From Chiloscyllium plagiosum (Eukaryota), in NCBI RefSeq assembly GCF_004010195.1, contig NC_057753.1, positions 7,741,304 to 7,803,303 of the forward strand: a stretch of 62,000 nucleotides of DNA, given 5' to 3'. The position numbers and the translations under genes are program-made. How positions within the stretch are numbered: position 1 is the first letter of the stretch; each line of letters starts with the position of its first letter. The notes below the pieces were generated by a model, which did not search any database, was not told the origin of the DNA, and worked only from the letters and a program-made list of their open reading frames with translations. Positions 25,086 through 38,759 of this stretch are shown here, in pieces.

Positions 25086-26210
25086 AAGGATCCTTTGTTG
25101 CCTTGGACGGAGGTTGGGGGCGTGGCTTGAAACAGGCTTTGCATTTCATGTGGTGGCAGGAGAAGGTGCTAGGATTGGATAGTGTGTTAGTAGGGTGCAA
25201 GGAAATGACAAGGGTGTCAAAGAGGGAATGGTTTCTCTGGAATACAGATGGGGTGGGGAGGGAAATATATTTCGGGTGATGGGGTCTGTTTGGAGATGGA
25301 GGAAATGTTGGAAATGATACACAGTATCCGGAGGTTAGTGGGATGGAAGGTGAGGACCGATGGCTTCTATCCTGGTTGGAGGGGTGGGGTTCAAGGACTG
25401 ACCTGCAGGAAGTGGAGGATATATGCTAGGGGGCATTGCGACCACGTGGGAGGGGCAATCGTAGTATTTTAAGTAGGAGGCTGCCAGAGTTGTTCAAAGG
25501 TGGAATTAGTCATCGTGGGATCAGATGCGGTGGAGGCGGGGAAGTTCGGAGCAAGTGAGAGCGTTTCCACAGGAGGCAATGTCGGAGGTTTTGTCGTACA
25601 TGTAGTTGTGAGAGTCAGTAGGTTTGTAGTACATTTCTGTGTTTAGTCGATCACCAGATGTGGAGATGAAGAGGTCCAAGAAGGAAGGGAGGTGTCTGAG
25701 ATGTTCCAGGTGTACCTCCAGGAGTGGAAGATGTTTGTGAAGTTGATGAACTATTTAACCTCTTCGTGAGGCGCGAGGTAGCATTGATACAGTCATCAAT
25801 GTACGATGGAAAAGATGGGGAATGGTGCCAATGTAGCTGTGGCATATAGACTGTACCATGTAGACGAAGATGCAGCCATTGCCGTGACCCATGCGGGTGG
25901 CCAAGGCTACCCCTTTTGTCTGGATGAAGTGATTTGACTGGAAGGCAAAATTGTTGAGGGTGAGGCCCAGTTCAGCCAATCAAATGAGATGGTTAGTGGA
26001 AGGGTATCGGTTGGGTCGGCGTGACAGGAAGAAACGGAGGTCTTGGAGGCATTCGTCATGGCCAATAGATGCGTACAGGTACTGGTTGTCCATGGTGAAG
26101 GTAAGGAATTGGGGAATGACAGAAGAACCTTGGCGGCAAATTGGCGGGGTCTGGATTCTGAAGTCTTGGTTCGCCTTAACCGTTGGACAGCGCTGCTCTG
26201 AGTGATTTCG
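25086..26210 (-). mobile_element. Penelope-like element (Neptune-type) RT region, degenerate
   Basis: The minus strand gives LTLNNFAFQSNHFIQTKGVALATRMG, YIDDCI and FTMDNQYLYASIGH. 25086-25210 is homologous to bases 1-110. Confidence 0.85.
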
Positions 26211-26469
26211 TTCAGTAGTCGAGTTCTGATCATGTACCAGTTGGTGGCCGCCATGCTGTCGTACTGACGGGCCTCTTTGGTCCATCCTCCTGGTTTTGAC
26301 ACTGACATCCAGATCTGATTGGTTATCTACTTTTGGAACAAGTAGTTGTAAAGGTAACGGGACAGGTTCTGAATCTTCCAATTCAGGCCTTGTAGCAATA
26401 CCTTCACATCGAGCCGTCTCCTACGTGGTGAGGGCTAGCAATATCCTTTTGCTGCCTGGTGCGTAATAT

Positions 26470-27760
26470 TAGCTATGACATGCAGCTCCTATGTATTGAC
26501 CGTGAGGCTGTGCAATCGCCCTCTGTGTGCTGCCTGTCTTTTACAAATACCTCACCACAGTCTGCGACATGGACGACTCGCACCAGGCCTATACTCTGTG
26601 AAGCCTGGCGCTGATCGCCAGACAGCCATTGCTCAGGAATCCACACATCCTCAATCACATCTTCAAGATGATGACAGAGTAGAGGGCTGTGACGATGGGG
26701 GTGACCACGTTTGGGTACATGCTGATTGGGTGGTAGCCTAGGCTCAAGACTGACACATGAATTTGCAAGCAGATCTATGGTAGATTTCTAGCTCCTAAGT
26801 GTGCCATCCAACGCCTGAGATGAGTGGTGCTCGGACAAGATTTCGTGCACCATTTACAGTATGCTGCGTTGTGGTGGAACACCAAATTTGCACCTCCCTG
26901 CTTTGAAATTTCACATTGGGCCCAGGGTCACGTACCTTTTCCTGAAAGCTGTGCCCCACAACCTGAGCTGCCTCGAGAACTTTACATTTATCTCATTTAA
27001 AGTTGTGAAATGGCAGTCCTGTATCGAATGCTGCTCCACAACATCCCCCTCTTTTCTTTCATGTACCGACTAGAGGTGTCTTGGCATGCCCATTTACTGA
27101 CAGGCCGTAAAGATCCCCAGTACACGTCTTTTTGCACCGAAGTTCTCTTCTTTCCCTCGGGGATCTGGGTTGGAGTTTGCTGCACACAGCAGTCCATGTA
27201 ATTGCAGGTTGCGCTGACTCATAGACGCCCAGCCAAACTATTGACTCTGTTTTGCTGAGGATTCCATGACGCAGAAGGCGTGTGGGTATTTGCACTCTGT
27301 CTATAACTTTCTTAAAGATCTTCTTTTGTGTTTTTTTTGCATTTCTACTCCACACTCATGGTTTTCGGGCACATGGTGCAGAGGGGAGAGGGCAGATCAG
27401 AGGATTTCCTCAGGGTCTGCTCCTGTACCTGGACTTGATCAAGAAGGCCATTAAAAGATCCAGGCAGCGGGCCATGGAGGGGGTCATTATGGCCGACTGC
27501 TTGCTACCCTTCCACGGTTATGTTCAGGCCCATCTGTCCCTGCAGAAGAAACACTCTAAGTCCACCAATATTCTCGAAGTCTTCAGGACCAAGTTGGCAC
27601 TATGGGGCGTAGTCATCTTTATTTCACCCTCCAATTCTACTTTGATTTAATCCATATCCTCTCCTTCATTTATGTCGTCCATGTAATTAGTACGCTTTAG
27701 AAAACGGCTCTGCTTGCCACGAGGTGTTATTCTTCCTCATGGTGGAAAAATAATGACTTC
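26470..27760 (+). mobile_element. Tx1/L1-clade non-LTR retrotransposon 3' fragment
   Basis: LPVFYKYL...QPLLRNPH and a C-terminus ...KKAIKRSRQRAMEGVIMADCLLPFHGYVQAHLSLQK...ISPSNSTLI*, similar to fish and shark Tx1 ORF2 ends as I recall them. Confidence 0.65.
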
Positions 27761-30700
27761 TTCGAATCCTGATTTTTTTTCCCAGCTACCTACCCCGACA
27801 CCGGCACCACATGATGATTTGATGAAAATAAGCGCTCATGCTGCACGGCAGTGGTGTAGGGGCATTTAAAAATGTAGATTGAAATTTCATCAGTAAAATG
27901 AAAAAAACGAGATTAGAATGTCCTCATATTAATACAACTGGAGAAAAATATAGAATCAGTAGATTTAATTCTCCTCAGTTCAGAGGATTGACTCCAAGCT
28001 GACTGGCCACAGCCACAGTACTGCACACACGTAAATACAGTTTGTCTTCGTCAGGCGAAAATAAAATGCAACTGAGGATAATGGATATAAACAGGTCCAG
28101 GCAGTAGACCGTGGAGCAGTTCATCTCAGCCACTGCCTGCTTCTCATCAAACAGGTATGTTGCAGTCTGGTTGCCATGTGAGAGAGAGAGCATGTGGTGT
28201 CCACTAACTCTCTATGTGCACGGAGGGCAGTGAACTCTTTATTTACCCCTCTAATTCTATTTTAATTTTATCCTTATCCTCCACCTTCATTTTTCTCAAG
28301 TAAGCATAGCCCCTCCCAGGCTTTACTTGTTTCTGGTTACCTGGACACATGTGGGGTTTTACTGGTGATGGAATAGTAAGCAAAGATGTTTTGTGACAAG
28401 AACGTTTTTATTGAGTCATTGCACAACACTGCTGTGTGGCAGTCGTGCGGAGCTTTTAAAGAAAGACAAATAAAGTGAAAGAAAATATAACCAGAGCACT
28501 TAGAATCTCCGTATTTCAGGGGTAATGACTCCGTGCTGGCTGGCCACAGCCAACCTATTGTGTACAGGTCATTAGAGAGTGATGGGTGACGGTTCTCTGT
28601 GCACTTTTTTCAAACCTTCTCATTCTTATACTTAAATATCTGCCAGTCTCCCAAGTGAACAGTATTTGTAACAGGGAAAGATGTGGAGGAAACAATGACT
28701 TTTGGACCATGAAAGGGTGTGGGAAAGAAGAAACGTTTCATGGTAAAGTCCCAGTGGACATGTTGTAAAGTGAAATGGTTTATCCTCTCCTTTTGGTGAT
28801 CATGTCACAGAATCATTGCATCAGAGAATAATGTACAGAAGAAACTTAAATCCAAGGAATCTCTATCCCAGAAAATGTACTACTGCATGCAATATCTGTA
28901 CGCCCCCTAATCCCACCCACACCCCCACTGCGATCACCGGAAATGGAATCCAGGTTCCCTCCAAAATCTCGAGTGATAAAAGCATTTTATGTAAAATCTT
29001 CTCTGACCCGACAGACTTTCACTTTAAAATTGTCAGACCCAACTTTTCATTGATGTTTCAAAACAAGGTAACATATATCTTGTGTTCATCCATGCCCTCA
29101 AAATCGGATTTCAGTTTAATTGAATCATAGAGTGCACAAGACCATGTTCATTTGATTGCGTCTGTTCCGCCAAAATATAAGAAGACCTGCACCAGTCCCA
29201 TGTTTAACATAACACCCATAGCCTTGAACCCACACTCACAGCACATAAAGTGCTCTTCACATTTCCCCTACATCAAAACCCTGAGTTTATCCAGCCTCAT
29301 TCGTAGCTGAAAATGCCACGCAACCAATGCTGGATAATTCACTTCGCACACCCTCAAGTCCAATCCCATTCTTCCCTTTGTGTAATCACCGGACTGCAGA
29401 CAGCATTCAAACTTTGATCTAACGAAAGCTGTGTTCAGTTCCACTATTACCTCTGTAGTGTTAAACTCAAAACTAAGGTTCTGAAATCCGAAAATTAAGG
29501 TCGAGTTCTCAAGTTAGTTGGACATGACACAGAGCAACTGACATGAAGTGAAACAATATACATAAATAGCATGAGGGATCGTCTGATTTGCCTGGGAGAT
29601 AACTGCCTAACCTTGATCGTCTGTGGGAATCACGTTTTTTGAGGTTAAAACTGAGCCACTTAGATGGCGTTTTCAAATGGATTATTTGGACAACTACTGA
29701 ACGTACTAGGAAATGTTGAAACAGCACGTAAGCAACTCAACATTCATACTCTCGACCCTATCTCACTCGTATTTTCCCTATCGATCTGATTTTCGAGAGA
29801 ATGGAGCTCCAGTACCATAGAAACTGCGACAGATCTGAAAGTGGCATCCACCACCCAGCTGTCCTCAAAACGGAAATTCATTGACAGTCGCTTGGTGAAT
29901 ATAGCTAACGTAGTTTAGATTATTGACTCATATATTAGTTCGCACGTATCTAAAATAGATTAATATAATAATCTTTCTTACCCCAAAGCATGTGTGTCTT
30001 TTTTTTTGTAAACACATTGATCATACCTTTTAAATCCTGTTAGGTATATTCAGACTATCAATATACTTCGCACAGCAAGCTGGCTCATAGCAAAATACGA
30101 ATGATGGAAAATGGAGAAAAAAATATTGTTGCCATACAGCGTATGAAAGAAAGCTAACGGTCTAAAAAAATGAGACAAAGCATTAAATGGAGGCGTCAGT
30201 GACTCATTAGGTGGATTTCCATAGGTCTTCGTTTTCTCCTGCAGATATGTGATGTTCTGTCCATTTTAAACAAAATAATTAAACTCGTTTCCAATACTTA
30301 ACAAAGCAAAATCCCGAAAAAATGGCTTCAGGCGATTCGAATACATCAGCACGCTCTGCAAAACTTAAATATTTTGTAATGATCACCTGAGAGTCAGGAT
30401 GAGTGGCATGATCTTCGGGTGTCGATTGTTAGGTAACAGAGTTGGTTGCTACATCTAACATAACTTATATTCATGAATGAATGAAGAAAAGGCACCAAAG
30501 AATGTGCGTAAGACATGTGCCTCCAAATTTAAAACTGAACAGCAGTAAAACAATCTTCAAATGATAAGGTGCTGGCAGATGATCCATAATTACAATTGGA
30601 GATGAGGGGGTGAAATGAATGAAATTTCTGCAAGATTATTGAAAGTGAAGAAAGAGCTGGAGAATATTTTAAGACCATGAACAACCTATCGCCTCTTTAT

Positions 30701-32463
30701 CAATAGCCAGTCTTAAAGTTTATTACATGCATAATCAACTTGTGATCATAGAACAAGATATGCGTATATATTTAAGGTTTTGGTCACCTGTTCTGAAAAT
30801 ATCAAGGGCTGGGGTGTAGTGTGAGGCTCATAATTGCTCCATTGATATAACTAGTTTAGCCTGTTCAAATTGGATTTCATTCTGAACACCAGATCTGCCA
30901 ACACTGATTATAATCCTAACATTTTTCACAGCCCTGAAAGTAAATGTCTGGACGCAAACCCAACCTATCCAGTCAAAACATTACTGTACTTAAATGCATT
31001 TGACCGGAATATATTTAACAATTCTGACGTCGACAAGCCCCTGAAATTTCGGAAGGATGTTTAAATCAGCTTGTAACATTATGATTGGCGACTTGCAAAT
31101 GCAACATTGTGCACACAATATATTTGTTTGATTAAATAGGCCAATTTTCGCGAATGTAGACGGTGACAGGATATGTGTACAATTTTTGATATTCTGTTGA
31201 ATTGCACATGCACTGCTTGGCTTTTTGATTTGTTACTGTGTTTTTCATCTCTATGAAGACTCTTCAGCTCTTTATTTTCTTACGCACTCCACGTCTGAAA
31301 ATAATCCTAAATCGTTTTGTTGCTTTATGCGTCATGCATATTTCTTCATGCCAGTGAAAAGCTTATTTTACCTGGGAACTGTGTGTTGATATCCAATAGT
31401 TTGTACCTCCCTCACTTCCAGGAGCATATATAACTTTTTTTTCTGTCACGTAAGAGAAATATTTCAATTGGAACAGGCATCAGCAATAATTTATTATTTA
31501 AATCTTTCTTAACATTATTCCTTGTAGTTTGTTTTATGAAAATGTATGTTTTTTATGGAATTTGTTTTTGTTTTTAAACTAAATGTGTTCTACTTTGATG
31601 ACTATTTGGAGCAATTATGCATTCATTGCGCACATGCTGTGTGAGTAATATGACTCAAGCAATTCATTGAATAGGTTTCTATTCCAAATGAGTACTTTCG
31701 CAGCAGCAATTTATAACAATGCCTTGTATCGTTGTGATCAGTAATTAGACTAACAACCCACACTTTCTAGAAACAATGGGGAAAAAAATAACAACCAAGA
31801 AATTGAAAATGTAAAACAATTGGTTTTACATTCTGTATTCGCCCTAAGTGATATTGCCTAGCAGTACTGATGGTTGCATGGGGATTCCGCACTGTTGCCT
31901 TCCAAAAGGTGTATCCACGAAAGCATTTAAACTCAACGTACATTATTCTTTTCTAGGAATTCAACACAGTATTTTGTCCAAACGACTTGAAATTAACGTG
32001 GTGCAATGTTTTCTAAGAACTGCGTTATCAATCATTTATGGAAGGAGACCGCCGTTATTGTTTGACGTTTGTGAAATGAATGAATTGAAGATTGGTGGAT
32101 ATTGTGGCACAGAAAGCAGAACCACACGCTATAAGGTGTTATTTCACTATCGCATTATTGGGAATGATATATGAGGAAAAAAGAATAAGGGTGCGTGAAT
32201 GCATTTCACCTTCCGGAACTATTGGTGGTCATTGAATCTTTACTGTTAAAGTAAAAATTTTGAACATATATCATCATTGTAATGCTGGAAACTATGATAG
32301 TCAGTTTGCAAAACGCAAGACAACCACCAGGTTAATGAATGGATAATATTATTTCATGGTGTTTTTTGAGTCATCAGTATCAAGACTGTAACAAGCGGAC
32401 TTTTCCTTGGAGCTGAATTTGAATTTAACTTGGATGCAAATCTGCGGATGCACATCTCTAATT

Positions 32464-32569
32464 CATCTGATTGCATTTAGAAATGAATAGGCAAAACACA
32501 AATGCATTTCTTTCCCAGAAAGACAACAGTGAACCAGATTGTAGTGTGTGTGTGTAGATATGTGTGTGT

Positions 32570-32636
<67 letters not shown>

Positions 32637-32747
32637 TTTATATCTACACACACACACACACACACACTACAATCTGGTTCACTGTTGTCTTTCTGGGAAA
32701 GAAATGCATTTGTGTTTTGCCTGTTCATTTCTAAATGCAATCAGATG
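32464..32747. repeat. Near-perfect palindrome: ~80-bp unique arms around a (TG)n-(TA)n-(CA)n core
   Basis: CATCTGATTGCATTTAGAAATGAATAGGC...CAGATTGTAG (32464-32544) is the reverse complement of CTACAATCTG...CAATCAGATG (~32667-32747) with 1 mismatch. Confidence 0.95.
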
Positions 32748-33231
32748 TAATAGGTGTGCAAGCTTGTCATAGGTGAAATTGAAAACTTGCAAACAGAGCA
32801 TGAAGCTACTATTTTGGGTTACTTGCCCAGTGACATCACAGATTCTAAACAGCTGAGCATTGTCATTTGTGTGTGTCGTCATCGAAATTTAAGGTCACAT
32901 GGGGGAATAGTGCTGTGTTTATGTGCATTCCTGCATGAGTATGCATGCAGATCTTTGGACATCAATGAATACAGCCTTTCATTGAAGAACCAAATGTCTA
33001 GTTTCAGTTCTGCATTATGCTCAAAACAATTAACCCAACAGTATGTGCTTATCTTATAATTCTTTCGTGAAGAAATGCCACTTGTCCCAATGGCAATACT
33101 TCCTTTCCTTCCTGAGAACAGATGTGCGATGGGCATCCTATGAAAATGCTTCTGCGACTTTTTAAAAGCTAAATGCACTTTCATAAAACAAAAACATGTG
33201 ATTGTCAACAACTTTTTAAATATGTTTGTTT

Positions 33232-33296
33232 CAATTAGACGCATTCATGTTGAAAAATAATATCTCCCTGGTGGTTGACATTCACGATATATAAAA
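33232..33296 (+). promoter_or_regulatory. Putative core promoter of receptor gene 2 (CAATTA, TAAT-CTCCCTGG, TATATAAAA)
   Basis: CAATTA at 33232-33237, TAATAT at 33258-33263, CTCCCTGGTG at 33264-33273 and TATATAAAA at 33288-33296. Colinear with the gene 1 promoter. Confidence 0.55.
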
Positions 33297-33336
33297 CAAT
33301 ATTCCCATGAATTGCAGAGTTCATATTTCTGACGAA

Positions 33337-33406
33337 ATGCATGGAATACAAAAGTACCTTGTGTCTGCCATTTACTATCCGATCCTGGCAACAATAGGAG
33401 TTCCAG
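33337..33406 (+). CDS. GPR139-like class A GPCR gene 2, exon 1
   Basis: 70 nt encoding MHGIQKYLVSAIYYPILATIGVP(A), ending CCAG|GTAAAG (phase 1). Same length as gene 1 exon 1. Confidence 0.88.
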
Positions 33407-33638
33407 GTAAAGTACTGCAGATCATTATTGTTTTCGGTCATAATGGTTTTGCTGACTCAGTGCCCCATTCATCAATTATGCTTCTTTCATACTAAACGAG
33501 AACTTAATTTTAAAGAAAAGCTATCAAGTACTCATCTTTGAGTTGAATTATTTCCCACTTCTACTGTTACGCCTTTAAATTTATAAGTTTCCAATTGCAA
33601 ACTTATTTAGTGCTATATGTTCCCCCCTTTCACAGTAT

Positions 33639-33960
33639 GGGCAGCACGGTAGCACAGTGGTTAGCACTGCTGCTTCACAGCACCAGAGACCCGGGTTCAA
33701 TTCCCGCCTCAGGCGACTCTCTGTGTGGAGTTTGCACATTCTCCCCGTGTCTGCGTGGGTTTCCTCCGGGTGCTCTGGTTTCCTCCCACAATCCAAAAAT
33801 GTGCAGGTTAGGTGGATTGGCCATGCTAAATTGCCCGTAGTGTTAGGTGAAGGGGTAAATGTAGGAGAATGGGTCTGTGTGGGTTACGCTTCGGCGGGTC
33901 GGTGTGGACTGGTTGGGCCGAAGGGCCTGTTTCCACACTGTAAGTAATCTAATCTAATCT
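33639..33960 (+). mobile_element. HE1/V-SINE (in the intron of gene 2)
   Basis: tRNA-like head with A box (GGTAGCACAGTGG) and B box (GGTTCAATTCC), a conserved central domain and a (TAATC)n tail. Confidence 0.93.
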
Positions 33961-34819
33961 TCTGAACACGGTTTCTTCATATGTGGGTACAACCAATTTT
34001 TTCGCATTAATTCCATTCTCTTCCCTTGTCAACGCCAGTTAATCCAACAAATTGCACATTTTCTTTTGAATTGCCAGCGTACTGGTGATATAGTTTTATT
34101 GCTGGTTTGCCTGGCAAATGTTTGGAATTTGTCACACGGTATCAAAGTAAAAGTGAAGATTAACTGTTATTTAAATGCCACAGGCTGTTCTGAAAATATG
34201 TTCCGATTTATAGTTATTCTACCCATATATGTTGCTCCTTTGAATTTAAAATATCTCTCTTTTTAAATGGCACTATCATTCTCAAGAATAATGTTTCTGT
34301 TACTAGTCACTGGATGATGAAATTTCCTTCCCCGACTCAGACCTCAAATTCTGCCACATCCTATGATTTCGCTCTGCACATAGTAGAGTACATGGCTTCC
34401 CAACAATGCTCCCGGATTAATGATGGAGTCTTGTCAGTCTTGACCGCCAAATTTTAGAAGAAGCTAACGACCCTTTCACTTTGTCTCTTAGAATACATTT
34501 TCGAACAGGTTCATTGCCATATGCTCATAAGTTTATATTTTTTCTTAATGATTCGGAGCAGCGTGATTGAGCTTATTTGCAGAATTCAATCGTAACTAAA
34601 TTAAGCACTTTTTTGTTTGATTTCAACAAAAATACAGTATATGTGTCATTCATGTTAAGTTCCATGTTATTAAATAACAATGGGTATGTTGATGGTGAAA
34701 TAAATGAATACTGTAAGCACATAAATTGCACGTGTCAGGAAAGTGATAGTTTTTAAGTCAATATCGCAGACGGATCTAATTAAATCTATGTAAAATATTG
34801 AAAAAGTGATTGCCTTTTC

Positions 34820-35827
34820 AATAGGCGGGATTCCAATCGTTGTCCAGTTACGAGTGGTGTGCTGCAAGGGTCGGTGTTGGGTCAATTGCTGTTCTTCATT
34901 TTTATAAATGATCTGGATAAGGGCGTAGAAGGGTGGGTTAGTAAATTCGCAGACGACACTAAGGTCGGTGGAGTTGTGGATAGTGACAAAGGATTTTATA
35001 CGTTACAGAGAGACATAGATAAGTTGCAGAGCTGGGCTGAGAGGTGGCAAATGGAGTTTAATGCGGACAAGTCTGAGATAATTCACTTTGGTCGGAGTAA
35101 CCAGAATGCAAATTCTGGGCTAATGGTAAGATTCTTGGTAGTGTAGATAAGCAGAACAGATCCCTGAAAGTTGCCACCCAGGTTGCCATAGATGTTAAGA
35201 AGGCATACAGTGTTTTAGCTTTTATTAATAGAGGGATCGAGTTCCGGAACCATGAGGTTATGCTGCAGCTGTACAAAGGCCGGGAGCGGCTGCACTTGGA
35301 GTATTGTGTACAGTTCTGGTCTCCGCATAATAAGAAGGACGCAGAAGCTTTGGAAAGGGTGCAGAGTAGATTTACTAGGATGTTGCCTCGTATGGAGGGA
35401 AGGTCTTACGATGAAAGGCTGAGAGACTTGAGGCTGCTTTCATTAGAGAGATAAGGTTGAGATGTGACTTAATAGAGACATATAAGTTAATCAGGGGGTT
35501 GGAGAGGGTGGAGAGGGAGAGCATTTTACCAAGTATGGTGACGGCGAGCATGAGGGGGCATAGCTTTAAATTGAGGGGTGGTAGATATAGGATAGATGTC
35601 ATAGGTAGTTTCTTTACTCAGAGAGTAGTAAGGGTATGGAATGCTTTGCCTGCAAAGGTAGTAGATTCGCTAATTTTAACCACATTTAAGTCGTCATTGG
35701 ACAAGCCTATGGACGCACATGGAATAGTTTAGGTTAGATGGGCTTCAGATTGGTATGACAGGTCGGCGAAACATCGAGGGCCAAAGGGCGTGTATGCGCT
35801 GTAATGTTCTATGTTCTATGTTCTATG
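34820..35827 (+). mobile_element. CR1 LINE 3' fragment in the intron of gene 2
   Basis: QGSVLGQLLFFIFINDLD...SKFADDTK, LEYCVQFWSP, RGHSFKL and a (TTCTATG)n tail. Confidence 0.93.
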
Positions 35828-35949
35828 TCACAACAACTATTTCTCTTCGCCTCCCATCTCCACCATCTGTGCCTCAAAAACACACGCAGAGTACACTTTA
35901 CCTCTTTATTGTAAGCTCACCAGTTTCATGCTATGTGTGTATGTTACAG

Positions 35950-36869
35950 CGAACATAGTCGCCATTGCGGTTCTGTCCAAAGGAAAATGCGGTCTGTCCA
36001 GATGTGTCACTCGCTACCTGAAATCAATGGCCGTATCGGACCTTCTTGTCATTTTTGTTGCTGTAATCCTAAACAGGATATTTGCTATTTACTTCCCAGT
36101 CAGTTTTCTTTCTATTACACCGTTATGTAGTCTCCGTGCTGTCTTAAATATTGCAGCATTAGCCAGTTCTGCATGGCTAACAGTGGCTTTTACAGTTGAT
36201 CGATTCATAGCTATTTCTTGCCAGAAGATGAAAACACATTATTGCACCGAGAAGACAGCGGTGTATGTAACTGGAGTGATTTTTATAGTGTGCTGTTTTA
36301 AATGTTCGTTCCTGTATTTCATATATGAACCTTTGTACATAACTAACAATACACGCTGGTTTTGTAGGGTTAAGTTAATATTTTATACATCATCAACATG
36401 GTTTGCATATGACCTAATTCTTCGTATTTTACTGCCTTGTCTCGTGTTCACGCTGATTTTGCTGCTCAATGCTCAGACTGTCAGACACATTCTAACAGCC
36501 AGTAAAGCTCGCAGGAGACTACGGGCCCAGAGCAATGTCGAGAATAAAAGTGACTCAGAGATGGAAAACCGCAGGAAGTCTATTGTTTTACTCTTTGCCA
36601 TCTCAGGGAGCTTCATACTCTTATGGGTCTGGATTCTAGTAACCTTTCTCTACGTCCGGATTGCGAGAGTCAGTTATTATTCCAGAACCAATTCCAATGT
36701 GATTCTGGAAGAATTCGGAATCATGCTTCAGCTTTTGAGTTCTTGCATCAACCCATTCATTTATGCTGGGACTCAGAGAAAATTTAGGGAGGAGTTAAAG
36801 AATGCCCTAAAATATCCAAGGAGCCTGACTGAAAACTGCAAGAAACAACGGAAAGAACTCCCTTCTTAA
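35950..36869 (+). CDS. GPR139-like class A GPCR gene 2, exon 2 (spliced product 329 aa)
   Basis: Acceptor GTTACAG|CG AAC. Motifs YLKSMAVSD, SAWLTVAFTVDRFIAI, LLLNAQTV, RRKSIVLLF and SSCINPFIY. The ORF is intact; AATAAA at 37105-37110. Confidence 0.93.
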
Positions 36870-38759
36870 TATAACATGCCCATGCATCATCTCACTGTTC
36901 CAGTCCACTACTTTCCGTGCTGTGTGGGGTCCTGTGACGTTATGAACATACTTGTTTTAATATTCTTTGAAATGTAGTGTCAGATGACAAATATCAGTGT
37001 GAATAAGCCCAACCACTCTGTTTAATGTTTCATGTCTATTGTGCTTGAATTATTTATGAAAATACTCAGTCATTGAAATTCAATTTCGCTTCATACTCAT
37101 AATCAATAAAAAGTCAAACTTAGACTTCGAAATTCACTCTGATGTTCACAGATATTTTATCATTGGTTTTCATTCGATGAAGTCATGTTCGGGTCCGTAC
37201 TATGTCCTATCTCATTCCCGTTCTCTGCTTTTCACTCTTTGTTTAACCCTTTCCCTCCCTCACTATCTGTATCTCTCTCACAGACTCTCTCTCTCACACA
37301 CGTACAATTACACACAGACATATCTTCTCCCCACTTTCTCGAAATGACTATTGAAAAGTCCACTTCTACTTCAACTTGTGTCAGTTTCTCTCAGGTAGTT
37401 GTTTTAAATATCCAGTTACTGATTTGCCATTTCAAACAGGGTGTATTTGCTACTCCATTGTCAACACAGTACAGGCTACGATGGGACTCGAAGGATACAG
37501 GCCACAGGCAGGAGGCTGGCGCAAGCGTGGATGGACACTGTGGTTGGCGTGAACCAGGTTGGTTCAAAGGTTTGTCTCCATGCAGTTGGACTCAATGACT
37601 ATATGGGTGTCTGACAACAACCAAGTTTAGTTTATAACTGCGATCTAATACAGTAGTAAATTACCGTTATGTTTTCAACTACTTCCGTTTGGGTTGGTGA
37701 AACTGACAATGGGAGAAAAACCATTAATTGAATGGAAGAAAATGTGACATGCAGTTGTGAATCCGGTAATGCCGGAAAATCTCAGTGCCTGCCATCTCTA
37801 CGATCTCATATGTTCCTTCAAATGCGTTTAGAAACGCTTTTTGTACAATAAAAAGTTACCAAAATTTCACTGGAGAAAACATTTCAGTGAATATAATTAG
37901 GAAATTAAAATTTAAACATGGAGAAATTTATGTTTACACATTGCTGACAGATGTACTTCTGCTTTGTAGTTTGGACCATCCCGTGAGATTGCTGTTTACA
38001 AGACCACCTGATAACTGGGGATGCTACTACAGAGGACACAGAATGTCTATATTGTTCACAATGGCACATCTGAGTCATACAGGGAAGATAGGGAGGCTCT
38101 ATGTATGGCTTAAGTATTGCTGAGAACTGCATGTTTATAATGTTGTGGCATTGCTGCCCACTGGCGGTCAGGACTAACATTTTCAAAGGAATAAATTGCA
38201 TCTTTGGAGAACTTGTGGGAATACTCACTGCTGTACCTGGAAAAAGTTTACTGGATTGCAGAAGTGGGATGGACCAAACGTATGTAATTGAGAAAAAGAA
38301 TAGAGAGCAATGAAATAATGCTGAATAGAAAAGATAAGAACCTAACTTAGGAATAGAGGTAATCAAGAACTTTGAAAAACATAAGAATTATTTTGTAGTC
38401 AGGCATGGAAGATGACAGAAATAACGATTAATCCAGCTGAACAGAATGGACAGGAAGGCATGAAGAATATAATCGAGTCACAATAAGGTAACGATAAATT
38501 GTGAGTTGTGTGAACTGGCCAATTAGTGCTCAAAGTAACATGGGCCCTCAATGTTAGGGCACTTGCGGTAAAAAAAAAAGCGTCAGATTACTGTACTGAT
38601 CTGAGAAAATCTTTCAGTACAGAGAAAATATATTTGAATGTTGAGGGAAAGCAATAATTTTAGGTAATATGCAGAAAGGAGTATGTAAAGATCACGTTAC
38701 AATTGCGCATTTTATCGCTTTGATATGTGTGTGTTTGTCTGAGTGGAAGTGAGTGACTT

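Noticed and set aside
33307..33336. In-frame upstream ATG (MNCRVHISDE) in gene 2 and the homologous uORF MKCRS* at 15239-15256 in gene 1
   Set aside because: Both lie under 25 nt downstream of the TATA box, probably upstream of the TSS, and the gene 1 version is closed by a stop.
33639..33710. tRNA-like sequences with A and B boxes
   Set aside because: These are SINE heads (also at 41048, 47881 and 55461), not tRNA genes.
35811..35949. ORF-track N-terminus of the 352-aa gene 2 ORF
   Set aside because: It starts in the CR1 (TTCTATG)n tail and is intronic. The true exon 1 is 33337-33406.
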